The notes under the pieces are model-generated. The model searched no databases. It worked only from the letters and a program-made list of their open reading frames with translations, and was not told where the DNA came from. From positions 2,882 to 66,881 of the forward strand of contig JBDRLG010000126.1 in assembly GCA_043813255.1 (NCBI GenBank): a stretch of DNA of 64,000 bases. Reading direction: 5' to 3'. The position numbers were made by a program, and so were the translations under genes. Each line of letters starts with the position of its first letter. Position 1 is the stretch's first letter. Positions 18,003-27,092 of this stretch are shown here, piece by piece. This DNA is from Candidatus Omnitrophota bacterium (GTDB lineage Bacteria > Omnitrophota > Gorgyraeia > Gygaellales > Profunditerraquicolaceae).

Positions 18003-18868
18003 AGATCTTTAAAGGCAATTAATTTTATATTTGATTTTTTAATTAATTCTTTTAACTCGGGGCTAATTAAGGCATTTAACTCTGCTTCTCTGGAATTATT
18101 TAAATAGTATTTTTCTGTATTCAACGGGTAATTATCCCATTCCTCATCAATATATCCGGGATGGCACATTATTTCAATAGTCCCATTTTTTAAATCTAGC
18201 AAGACTTTTTTAAATTCAGAAATTATCGCATTGCTATCAATCCGGGAAATTCCGTAGAAAAAATCCGTAGTTTTTAAATCGCATTTCTGAATAGATAATC
18301 TATTTTGTTTAGAAAATATATTAAGAAATAAATTATTGTAAAATTTGTTTGTGAAAATTCCTGAAGCCCCCAAGATATTACGATAAGGAATTTTATTAAT
18401 ATATCTTACCTTAGAAATGCCATATTCTTTGGCTATTTTAATCGTGGTGTCAAATATGGGTTTTATCAGGTGTAAGTGCTTTTCGCTATCGAGATGAGTG
18501 ATTGAGATATTTTTTTTTAGTAGTTTCTCTATCTGGGCCCTGCATTCCGATTCTAATTCTTTGAAGTCTAAATTTCCAGCATAAATGGAATAGAGAAAGA
18601 TAAAAATATTATTGAAAAAAGAACCTTTTTTCGTAAGGCTTTTTAATTTCAAAGCAGGTAAAATAGGGTTGCCTCTAAATATATTCAAATGAATTCCTAC
18701 TGGTAATTGGGGATTCTCAGTTATTAAATCCACGGCATTATCAAACCCTGGCATATTTGGTAATAATGAGGTATTAGTTAATATACCTTCTTTAAAGGCT
18801 TTTATTATGCCTTTATTTATACTTTTGCTTAAGCCAAAATCATCAGCATTAATTATAATTTTCCGCAT
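17999..18868 (-). CDS. YdjC/ChbG/HpnK-family carbohydrate deacetylase
   Basis: 289 aa. The N-terminal motif is IINADDFGLSKSINKGIIKAFKEGILT, with a His-rich centre THLDSEKHLHL. This family deacetylates (Glc)NAc-containing substrates. Confidence 0.85.
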   Translation of the reverse strand: MRKIIINADDFGLSKSINKGIIKAFKEGILTNTSLLPNMPGFDNAVDLITENPQLPVGIHLNIFRGNPILPALKLKSLTKKGSFFNNIFIFLYSIYAGNLDFKELESECRAQIEKLLKKNISITHLDSEKHLHLIKPIFDTTIKIAKEYGISKVRYINKIPYRNILGASGIFTNKFYNNLFLNIFSKQNRLSIQKCDLKTTDFFYGISRIDSNAIISEFKKVLLDLKNGTIEIMCHPGYIDEEWDNYPLNTEKYYLNNSREAELNALISPELKELIKKSNIKLIAFKDL

Positions 18869-18897
18869 TATATAAGATCGATTTTAATTTGATGCCC

Positions 18898-20316
18898 TTA
18901 AGTATCATTTTTATTTGAGAATAACCATCTTAAAGCCACTTTAATATACCTAAAAAATTCATTTTTCGATTTTGAATTTATGACTCTTTTTAATATGTAT
19001 GATGGCCTAAAGTAAAATTCTCTATAAAATCTTCCAGCTAATTTTTCTATTTCATTTTGCGTTAATGTTGTCCATGGGGTTGGAAGGCGTTTTTTATCCA
19101 GGTCTATTTTATTTAAAATATATTCTTTCCAATAATCAATACCTGTTGTTTTAATTAATAATTCATTTAAATCGGTATTGGGCTTAGCGATAGTACGACA
19201 TACCTGAATGAAATCCAGTTTCATTTTTTTAGCAAAGTTTATTGAATTTAAAATATCTTTTTTTGTCTCTTCCGGGCTGCCAATAATAAAAAATCCCAAT
19301 GTCTTTATTTTATATTTGTAAGTCAGGTTTATAATCAGGGGTATTTTTTTTGTATCAATGCCTTTATTAATTGTATCCAGTATCTTTGTAGAAGCAGATT
19401 CTATCCCATAGTAAATTTTTTTGCATCCTGCTTCAGAAGCTTTCTTTAAAATATCCTCATCTACAACGTCTATCCTTGACCTGCATGACCATTCAATTTT
19501 TATATTTCGTTTTAATATCCCTTCGCATATTTTTATACCCCGTAATTTGTTTATAAAAAATGTGGCATCAAAAAAATCGATTTCTCTTGCGTTGTATTTA
19601 GTATAGCATTCTTCTATTTCATCTAAGATATTTTCTACACTTCTTTCCCTGTAAGGAATTTTAGAAATAGCGCAAAATTTGCATTTATGAGGGCATCCGG
19701 TGCTGGTAAGCATAATAGTATAATTTTTACGTTGAGACGTAAAAGAATAATAAAGATGATTTGGTAAAAGATGCCTGGCTGGAAAAGGGTATTCATCAAA
19801 GTTGATCGTTTCTTCAGAAGGAGGATTTATTATAAGCGTATTTTTGTCTTTATAAATAACCCCTTTTATATCTTTAAGGCTGAGCTTATTTTCTATTGCG
19901 GATATTAATTTTGGTAATGATTGATTTGCTTCCCCTATAATGCCATAATCAAAACAAGAGTAGGATAAAGATTCCTTTGGATATAAATTGATATTAATCC
20001 CTCCTGTTATTATCTTGACGTCCATATTTGTTTTGAAAAAACCAGCCCATTCAACTACTCTATGAAACCAATAAGTATCAGCCCGAAAGCCAATAATATG
20101 CGGATTGAAATCTTTCAAGATGTTTAAAGTTTCTTCTTTGGTTAGTTTTAAAGCATTGGCATCTATTATAATTACCTTATGCCCCGCTTTTTCTAATATA
20201 GCCGCGACATATGCTAAAATTATAGGCGGGGCTAAACAGAATTCTTCATCTACTATTTTTAAATTTTCGGAGAACTTCCGGTGTTCAAATGGGCAGTGAA
20301 TTAAGGCTATTCGCAT
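18898..20316 (-). CDS. B12-binding domain radical SAM enzyme (class B rSAM, methyltransferase/rearrangement type)
   Basis: 472 aa. The N-terminal Rossmann-like B12-binding region (RIALIHCPF...VIIIDANALK) is followed by a radical-SAM core LTSTGCPHKCKFCA (Cx3Cx2C). Confidence 0.85.
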   Translation of the reverse strand: MRIALIHCPFEHRKFSENLKIVDEEFCLAPPIILAYVAAILEKAGHKVIIIDANALKLTKEETLNILKDFNPHIIGFRADTYWFHRVVEWAGFFKTNMDVKIITGGININLYPKESLSYSCFDYGIIGEANQSLPKLISAIENKLSLKDIKGVIYKDKNTLIINPPSEETINFDEYPFPARHLLPNHLYYSFTSQRKNYTIMLTSTGCPHKCKFCAISKIPYRERSVENILDEIEECYTKYNAREIDFFDATFFINKLRGIKICEGILKRNIKIEWSCRSRIDVVDEDILKKASEAGCKKIYYGIESASTKILDTINKGIDTKKIPLIINLTYKYKIKTLGFFIIGSPEETKKDILNSINFAKKMKLDFIQVCRTIAKPNTDLNELLIKTTGIDYWKEYILNKIDLDKKRLPTPWTTLTQNEIEKLAGRFYREFYFRPSYILKRVINSKSKNEFFRYIKVALRWLFSNKNDT

Positions 20317-20337
20317 TATTTTTACCGTATTATTTAA

Positions 20338-21324
20338 TTAAAGAAGGTTGATTTTTATTATATTAAGGATAGTATCCAGGTTAAATTGAAATAAATAATT
20401 AAGTTCGATAAAAGATGCGCACCAGCATTCTTTGCAAGTAATATAATTTAATTTGTCAAAAGAATTTTTAAAACCAAGTTCTATAACATTAGGAACGTTC
20501 TTAGAAATTATAAAATTTCGGCCACAACCATACATATCTCCATTTGGTTGCAGCCGGCATATAATTAAGCTATTCACGCATTTGATTTTTGTAGGATTCG
20601 GCCAATTATAAAGATATTTTAATCCTGTAATAGAATTAACTATATAGTTATTCTTTTTTTTCTCTAAAATAAGATTATTAATTGTTCTTTTGTAGTCAGT
20701 TTCTTCAGAAATAACCGGATTCATTTCTAATCCTGCAAGTGTACGTAATCTCGCGGGTTGGAAACTAACAGGAATTTTAAACTCTTTTGCTTTATTTAAA
20801 ATAAATTCAATTTTATCAAGATTAAATTTAGATAAAACAGTATTAAACCTGAGTTTTAGTTTTTTCTTCTTAGCTATTTCTACGGCTTCCATTATATTAT
20901 TGTACGAGCCGTTTCCTCGTATAAAATCATGAATTTTCTCCGGCCCATCAAAACTTAAAGTTAATAGATCAAGTCCGGTTAGTTGGTTAATTTTTTCTTT
21001 TACGAGTGAACCGTTAGAATTTATGTCGATTACCACATTATTTTTTTTTGCATGTTCAATGATTGTTCCTATATCATCTCTTAAAAGGGGATTTCCTCCT
21101 GTGAGATGCAGTACCTGTGTACCCGACTGTTTCATCTCAGTTATTAAAGATAAAATTTTCTCTGTTTCCATTTCAGTCGTTTTCATTTTCCAGCTATCGC
21201 AATATAAACACCTTTGATTGCATCTATATGTCAGCAACCAGCTAACAATTACGGGAGATCTCTTCTTTAATAAATTTGCTTCTAATAGTTTAAATGCTAT
21301 TGATATTTTTTTAGTTGTTTTCAT
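20338..21324 (-). CDS. Radical SAM protein with SPASM/twitch domain (member of 4-paralog family)
   Basis: 328 aa. LLTYRCNQRCLYCDSW is followed by a C-terminal Cys cluster CVNSLIICRLQPNGDMYGC...CKECWC. It is paralogous to 24603, 42527 and 46017 (shared LTGGNPLLRDDIG / SFDGPE..HDFIRG blocks). Confidence 0.85.
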   Translation of the reverse strand: MKTTKKISIAFKLLEANLLKKRSPVIVSWLLTYRCNQRCLYCDSWKMKTTEMETEKILSLITEMKQSGTQVLHLTGGNPLLRDDIGTIIEHAKKNNVVIDINSNGSLVKEKINQLTGLDLLTLSFDGPEKIHDFIRGNGSYNNIMEAVEIAKKKKLKLRFNTVLSKFNLDKIEFILNKAKEFKIPVSFQPARLRTLAGLEMNPVISEETDYKRTINNLILEKKKNNYIVNSITGLKYLYNWPNPTKIKCVNSLIICRLQPNGDMYGCGRNFIISKNVPNVIELGFKNSFDKLNYITCKECWCASFIELNYLFQFNLDTILNIIKINLL

Positions 21325-23353
21325 TATTTTTTTTTATATATATAGCTAAATTAAGTATGTTTCTTTGATTTTCGCTAAGAGAATGCATCCTAAGGTAGTT
21401 ATTTTTTTTAATTCTATCAAGCTTTTTGAATTCTTTTAATTCAGTATTTTTAAAATGGAAATGTTCAGATGCGTATTTATAGTTAATTTTAGCGATATTA
21501 TTGAATTGTGATAAGGCTTGCTCAGGCATCCCTTTAATTAAATAAAGAGTTGCTAAATTTAGATGTGCGATAATGCAATTATGGTTAAGTTTTGTAGCGT
21601 CATTATAACTGCCAATAGCGGCAGATACATTGAAACCTTCGCCAAATCTTAAATAATCTTTATTATGTTCATAAAGATAGCCAAGAAAAAGATTTGAAAT
21701 ATATAAAAATATTTTGTCTTTAGTTAATCCAAGGGTTTTTTTAAGTTCTGCGATTGCTTTATTTTTAAAATCCATATTTGGATATTCAACTGCCAATTTG
21801 TTATAAAAAAAGGCGAGCAAAAAATGTTTCCAGTCATAATTATTGTTTAGATTATTAAGTCTTTGGATAATCCGAGGCACATAATTCTTGTCTATATTAT
21901 CTATTTCTAAAACATCTAAAATTTCTTTTATTTCTTTGTTTTGATTAAATGTTTTATATCTATTTAGGACTTCATCAGGGGCATCAAAACTAAAACAAGT
22001 AGTTAAAATATATAAAATATGAATTATTGTTTCATTTCTTTTTTCTTTTGTCAGATAATCTTCTATAGTATCAATATAGAACCCTTTTATGTCATAATCA
22101 GTGATACGCAGGATTGATTCTATCATCTGGATATCTAAAGTTTTTGGTGAATATACATATAAAGGCTCCATTTCAAAAAAATTTTCAGGTGTTATACCGT
22201 TTTCTATGGGTTTTATTTGATATAAGAATAAATATAACGCTAATTTCTCATTAAGGTTGATAAATTTTCTTTTAAAACTATTAATTATTTGTTTGAACTT
22301 AGCTATATTATTTAAATAATAACAGTCTGGAAATCCAAATTCTTTTATAGTGTTTCTAACAGTTGGCGATATTATAACTTGTATATCTTTTTGAGAATTT
22401 AATGTTTTCCAGTTTAATAATTTTCTTTTTTCTTTTTTTATGTCATTCTTTAACTTTTTACATATTTTAAGTAAATAATTGTCTTTGGCCTTTCGCGGTT
22501 TAGACGGCCATTTTAATCTACAGTTTCTTAAGCTGGATAAATATCGATAATATTGCTCAAAATTATACATTAAATTGTCTTTTCTTTCAATTAATAAATC
22601 TTTGTATTCAGCGCAGATAGATAGTGTTTTGAAACATCCATTATCTATATTTCGGATGTAGTTTATTAATTCAAAACTTTCGGCAAAATCAACAGGTATG
22701 TTTTTATTAATGTAGGCTTCCCAGAAACTACTATAATAATTCTCTTTATTTTTCGTGTTAAAGTCATTAATTAAGGTTTCATTTATATATTTAGATGAAA
22801 AAATATTATATTTATTAATACTAATAATCTTATCTTTGGTCAGCAAAAATTGGCTTGGGTCACATTCAAATATTTCTTCATCTGCAATCAGCCAATCAAT
22901 TATCTGCTGTTTTTGGATATAATTAATCTGTTTTTTGGAAAGGTTATTTATGCTAATAGTTGCTAAACTGTTCAGGGAAGGAATAAATTCTTGTATGATC
23001 CCTCTCTCTTTTTTTCCATTGACCGGTAACGTTATTTCATAGCATAAAGGCACTTTTTGTCCGCACAAGGATAACAGTTTGTATGTTTGGTCTAAGTTTG
23101 TATTTGATTTGCCGATTTTAAAGAACCACAATCTTTCATCTTCGCTCTTAAGTATGAATTTTGCGTTTTGTCCGCTCAGCATAGGTTGTTTATCAATTAA
23201 TGTGAAAGTCAATTTTTTAAATATTTTATCAGACAGGGATTTTTTTTCTAAAATTAAATTAATTGCTTCTTTTTCAAGCTGGGAATTGTCAATCCTATTA
23301 CAGCCAAAATTAGAAAACATAAGAATTAATATAAGTATTTGGATAATTTTCAT
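21311..23353 (-). CDS. Secreted/lipoprotein-like large hypothetical protein (possible atypical kinase-like N-domain, TPR-like C-terminus)
   Basis: 680 aa with a signal peptide ending ...FSNFGC. The segment GQNAKFILKSEDERLWFFKIGKS...IIQEFIP...IIDWLIADEEIF is reminiscent of protein-kinase-like folds (PI4K-II/CotH-type). This is a weak call by eye. Confidence 0.35.
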   Translation of the reverse strand: MKIIQILILILMFSNFGCNRIDNSQLEKEAINLILEKKSLSDKIFKKLTFTLIDKQPMLSGQNAKFILKSEDERLWFFKIGKSNTNLDQTYKLLSLCGQKVPLCYEITLPVNGKKERGIIQEFIPSLNSLATISINNLSKKQINYIQKQQIIDWLIADEEIFECDPSQFLLTKDKIISINKYNIFSSKYINETLINDFNTKNKENYYSSFWEAYINKNIPVDFAESFELINYIRNIDNGCFKTLSICAEYKDLLIERKDNLMYNFEQYYRYLSSLRNCRLKWPSKPRKAKDNYLLKICKKLKNDIKKEKRKLLNWKTLNSQKDIQVIISPTVRNTIKEFGFPDCYYLNNIAKFKQIINSFKRKFINLNEKLALYLFLYQIKPIENGITPENFFEMEPLYVYSPKTLDIQMIESILRITDYDIKGFYIDTIEDYLTKEKRNETIIHILYILTTCFSFDAPDEVLNRYKTFNQNKEIKEILDVLEIDNIDKNYVPRIIQRLNNLNNNYDWKHFLLAFFYNKLAVEYPNMDFKNKAIAELKKTLGLTKDKIFLYISNLFLGYLYEHNKDYLRFGEGFNVSAAIGSYNDATKLNHNCIIAHLNLATLYLIKGMPEQALSQFNNIAKINYKYASEHFHFKNTELKEFKKLDRIKKNNYLRMHSLSENQRNILNLAIYIKKNNENN

Positions 23354-23370
23354 GAAATAACTTTCTAAAA

Positions 23371-24597
23371 TTACCTAAAATTATTCAGTATATCAGCTAT
23401 ATACTTAATTTCTTTAGGATTTAAATAAGAATGAATAGGAATTTGTATGCTGTTTTCATATATTTGTTCACAAATAGGATATCTAGAAATATCACCATAA
23501 AGAGCAGCTACATTTCTCATGACATATTTGCCAGTATCAATTCCATTCTGCAATAGATATTTAGATAATTTATTCCTATTTTCAGATAAAAGGATATAAA
23601 AATAATAAATTGATCCCGGAATGCTTTTTATTTCTGTGTCTAATATGTCTTTTTTTAGGTATTTTTGTAATATTTTGATATTTTTAATTCTGTTTATATT
23701 TGAATAATCCAGTGATTTTAGTCTTAATAAAGCTATTGCCGCTTGCAGATTAGTTAAAAGCCTGATTTCAGTTTTTTTGTTCGTTATTTTTTTAAATGTT
23801 TTATTAAATGATATTAATAACAAATCTCTGTCACTGAAAAAAGAATTAATTAATAAAATAGGATAAATGAATAAACTGAAAATAAATTTATTGGCAGTTA
23901 TTGCTATTAGCCAAGTAATAAGTATTTCTTTTAACAAAATATTTAAACTGATTGGCTTACAGGAAGATAGATCTTTTTTTATTTTTTTAGCCGAGATTTC
24001 ATTATTACAAGCTACGCATCCTCCTCCGTAACTATGAAAATGTTTGGTAGAATTAAAGCTGAAATAAGAAAAATGCCCTAAGGAACCTGCTTTCCGTTTA
24101 TTATTTAATACTGCTCCCGGCGCGTGAGCACAATCTTCAATCACATAAATACCATGTTTATTACAGAATTCTAATAATTCTTCAATATCACAGATACTGC
24201 CGAAAATATGAGTGATTATAATTGCCTTTGTATTTGTAGTTATTTTTTTCCTTATCTGGTTTATATCAATGTTAAAGTCTTCTTTTCTGATATCACAAAA
24301 AACAGGTTTGAGCCCTTCATTGATAATTGCCCAAGGCACGCTTTCGTCAGTATAAGCAGGCAGTATTATTTCACTGTCTTGAGGAAAATTTAAAGTTTTT
24401 AGAATGAGGCGTAATGCAGACCTTCCGGAAGAAACTGCAAATACGTATTTTGTGCCTAAATAATCTGCAAATTGCTGTTCAAATAAAGCTGCATTTTGTC
24501 CTTTTATCGCTTTACCTGATAAAATAGTCCAGATAACTTTTTGTATTTCTCCTGTTATAATACTAATTTTTCTACGGGGAATTGGGTATATAAGCAT
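23371..24597 (-). CDS. DegT/DnrJ/EryC1/StrS-family PLP-dependent sugar aminotransferase
   Basis: 408 aa. The N-terminal region reads GKAIKGQNAALFEQQFADYLGTKYVFAVSSGRSAL. The PLP-lysine context is GSLGHFSYFSFNSTKHF (SFxxxK). Confidence 0.75.
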   Translation of the reverse strand: MLIYPIPRRKISIITGEIQKVIWTILSGKAIKGQNAALFEQQFADYLGTKYVFAVSSGRSALRLILKTLNFPQDSEIILPAYTDESVPWAIINEGLKPVFCDIRKEDFNIDINQIRKKITTNTKAIIITHIFGSICDIEELLEFCNKHGIYVIEDCAHAPGAVLNNKRKAGSLGHFSYFSFNSTKHFHSYGGGCVACNNEISAKKIKKDLSSCKPISLNILLKEILITWLIAITANKFIFSLFIYPILLINSFFSDRDLLLISFNKTFKKITNKKTEIRLLTNLQAAIALLRLKSLDYSNINRIKNIKILQKYLKKDILDTEIKSIPGSIYYFYILLSENRNKLSKYLLQNGIDTGKYVMRNVAALYGDISRYPICEQIYENSIQIPIHSYLNPKEIKYIADILNNFR

Positions 24598-24602
24598 ATA
24601 TT

Positions 24603-25598
24603 TTATGTTCTTCTATAAATTTGTTTTAATGAATTAAATATAGAATCAAATTTAAAGCTGTAAAGAAAATTGAGCTCTATCTGAGCCGCGATCCAGCAAT
24701 TTAAACAGCTATAAGGTTCTAAACTTAAAAAAGCATTTTTGATTCCTTGATGAGAAATATTAATATCTTTTTTATTGGTCTCATCACCGCAACTTTTTAT
24801 AAATCCGTTATTTTCTATTCTGCAATAAATTTTTCCTGCGGCGCATGGTATTTTTGTCGGTTCTGGCCAGTTTAAAAAATGTTTTAAACAAAGTAAGGAA
24901 TTTCCTATGTATGGATGTTTATTTAATTTATAATTAATTAAAGATTGAATAATTTTTTGGTAATTATTTCTTTTATTTAATAATATTTGATTGGTTCTCC
25001 CGCTGCCACGGTTTAATATCCTCGCGGGTTGAAATACAGTAGCAATTTCAAGTTTTTTTGCCAGTTTTAAAATAAATTCTATAAAATCAAGATTAATTTC
25101 TGATAATACTGATGTGAATTTTATTTCCCATCCTTTGTTTTTTGCTATTTTTATTGCTTCCATAGTGTTTTTGTAAGCTCCTTTCCCTCTTATGCTGTCA
25201 TGAACATCGGGTGGGCCGTCTAATGAAAGGACAATCCTGTCTAAACCGGTTATTTGTTTTGCCCTGTCTGATAACAGATATCCACTGGTATTAATACTGA
25301 CATAAATATTCTTTTCTTTGCAATAATTTAGGATTATCCCTATATCATTTCTTAACATGGGTTCTCCGCCTGTAAAATTTATAATCTTTGTTCCCGCCTT
25401 TGTAAGCTGGTCTATAAAGGAGAGAACAGCTTTGGTGTCTAAATCCTTAGTAGGAACTTCATTTACTCCGCAGTAAAGGCAATTATAATTGCAATGATAT
25501 GTTATAGCCCAGCTGACAAAAAAGGGGATTCTTTTTTGTAATAATTTAGTTTTGATAAACAAGTCATATCCGGCTTTTAAAATATCAAATTTTTTCAT
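24603..25598 (-). CDS. Radical SAM protein with SPASM/twitch domain (paralog family)
   Basis: 331 aa. ITYHCNYNCLYCG is followed by the C-terminal Cys set CAAGKIYCRIENNGFIKSC...CLNC. It is directly adjacent to the DegT aminotransferase. Confidence 0.85.
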   Translation of the reverse strand: MKKFDILKAGYDLFIKTKLLQKRIPFFVSWAITYHCNYNCLYCGVNEVPTKDLDTKAVLSFIDQLTKAGTKIINFTGGEPMLRNDIGIILNYCKEKNIYVSINTSGYLLSDRAKQITGLDRIVLSLDGPPDVHDSIRGKGAYKNTMEAIKIAKNKGWEIKFTSVLSEINLDFIEFILKLAKKLEIATVFQPARILNRGSGRTNQILLNKRNNYQKIIQSLINYKLNKHPYIGNSLLCLKHFLNWPEPTKIPCAAGKIYCRIENNGFIKSCGDETNKKDINISHQGIKNAFLSLEPYSCLNCWIAAQIELNFLYSFKFDSIFNSLKQIYRRT

Positions 25599-25607
25599 TA
25601 ATGATAA

Positions 25608-27092
25608 CTATTGTTTTGTTTGTTCTGGAAGCATAGCTTCGCAAATGGTATTAGCAGCATTTAATGCTATTAAGTAATAGCCTTTGGCATTACAATGTCC
25701 ATCAGGAATAAAATATTCACTGTAATGGCCGTATTTTAAAGCATCCTTAAATATTATCAAATTATCTATGAATAGAATGTCGCTATATTCCGCGCACATT
25801 TTTTTAATCCCCTCTATATCTGAAAGAGGGTAAGACATTAATAGCAGGGGTATATGTTTATTGTTTGTAATTTTATAAATAATATCGATATTACTGCGAA
25901 GAACTTTATTATTTGTATTTTGGATTTTCTGGATTTCTTCAAAATATTGTTTAGCCTGAGGGTACCTGTTTTGTTTTTTATAACAATTAACTAACTGCAG
26001 GTACGCAAAATCATTTTCCGGATTTAATTTTATCACATCTTTATATAAATTTTCTGCTTTTACATATTGTTTTGTTTCCATATATATATCTGCCAATTCA
26101 ACCCATGCTTTTTCTGCTGAAGGAGTAGATTCTAAATATTTCTTATAGCATATTTCTGCTTCATTATATTTTTTTTGGCATTTGTAACATCTTCCCAGAT
26201 TTTTATAAATTGTAATAGATTTTGGATAAAACGCCAGTACTTTTTTATAATATTCTTCAGCCCGGGAATAATTTTTTAAAAATACATAACAATCTCCTGT
26301 CATGCTATAAGCTTTCTTGGCATAAATTAAATTCAGGTTTGTTGCAGCAGTATACATTTTTATAGCTTTTAAATATTCACTATGGTGCCTGTATAAATCT
26401 CCTAAATTCATATAATCATTGGCATCTTTTGGACCTTTTTTAGATATTATTTTCATGCCTGGTTCTTCTTTAGAAGTATTCTCTTTTATTGTATCAGTTT
26501 TATGGGGAATTAAAGTAATACTTGTTTTTTTTGTTTTTAATTCATCTGTTTCGGTTTTTTTGTTCACAAAATTTGTCCATAACCATTTCGCTAGTTTATA
26601 TATTCTCATTTTAAATAAATAAAACCGTATTTTATTTATCGAAAAATATTTAGAAGATAATGAAGTATATTCACTTGTATTTGCCCATTCGTATTCATGT
26701 TGTCTTAGTAATAGAATTATCATGTCCGGAGAATATTCTTTAATAGCATTAATTATTGAATTTGGCAGTTCTGGAGAAGAATAGCCTCCGGGAATCCCTT
26801 TATTAATAATTTTAAAACTTTTTCCCGGGTATTTTTTATTTAATATCTTTTCAAGCTGGCTGGGATAATCTTTGCCTATAGGAGCTCCTACTCCATATGT
26901 AAAAGAATCTCCCAGACATAATATGCGGTATGCAGAAGTATCGGAGACTTTATTTTTGTATGATTGTACTTGTAAAAGAATATAACCTATTGTTCGTAAT
27001 CCAAATTCCAAAATAAATAAACTTAGTATTAATCCGAATAGGAATAAAACTATTTTTTCTTTATTTGATGTAAAAACCTTCTTTTTAGCCAA
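25608..27092 (-). CDS. SGNH/GDSL hydrolase-fold protein with embedded TPR repeats, membrane-anchored
   Basis: 494 aa. The N-terminal TM anchor is followed by GDSL block I (ILCLGDSFTYGVG). Several TPR-like repeats are inserted in the middle (YMNLGDLYRHH..., YKNLGRCYKCQKKYNEAE...). The C-terminal DGHCNAKGY matches the catalytic DxxH block. Confidence 0.55.
   Translation of the reverse strand: MAKKKVFTSNKEKIVLFLFGLILSLFILEFGLRTIGYILLQVQSYKNKVSDTSAYRILCLGDSFTYGVGAPIGKDYPSQLEKILNKKYPGKSFKIINKGIPGGYSSPELPNSIINAIKEYSPDMIILLLRQHEYEWANTSEYTSLSSKYFSINKIRFYLFKMRIYKLAKWLWTNFVNKKTETDELKTKKTSITLIPHKTDTIKENTSKEEPGMKIISKKGPKDANDYMNLGDLYRHHSEYLKAIKMYTAATNLNLIYAKKAYSMTGDCYVFLKNYSRAEEYYKKVLAFYPKSITIYKNLGRCYKCQKKYNEAEICYKKYLESTPSAEKAWVELADIYMETKQYVKAENLYKDVIKLNPENDFAYLQLVNCYKKQNRYPQAKQYFEEIQKIQNTNNKVLRSNIDIIYKITNNKHIPLLLMSYPLSDIEGIKKMCAEYSDILFIDNLIIFKDALKYGHYSEYFIPDGHCNAKGYYLIALNAANTICEAMLPEQTKQ

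Noticed and set aside
27050-27092. 43-nt overlap between the SGNH-TPR gene start and the YfhO paralog end, considered as evidence of a frameshift
   Set aside because: Both ORFs are intact with sensible termini, and short overlaps are common throughout this tightly packed operon.
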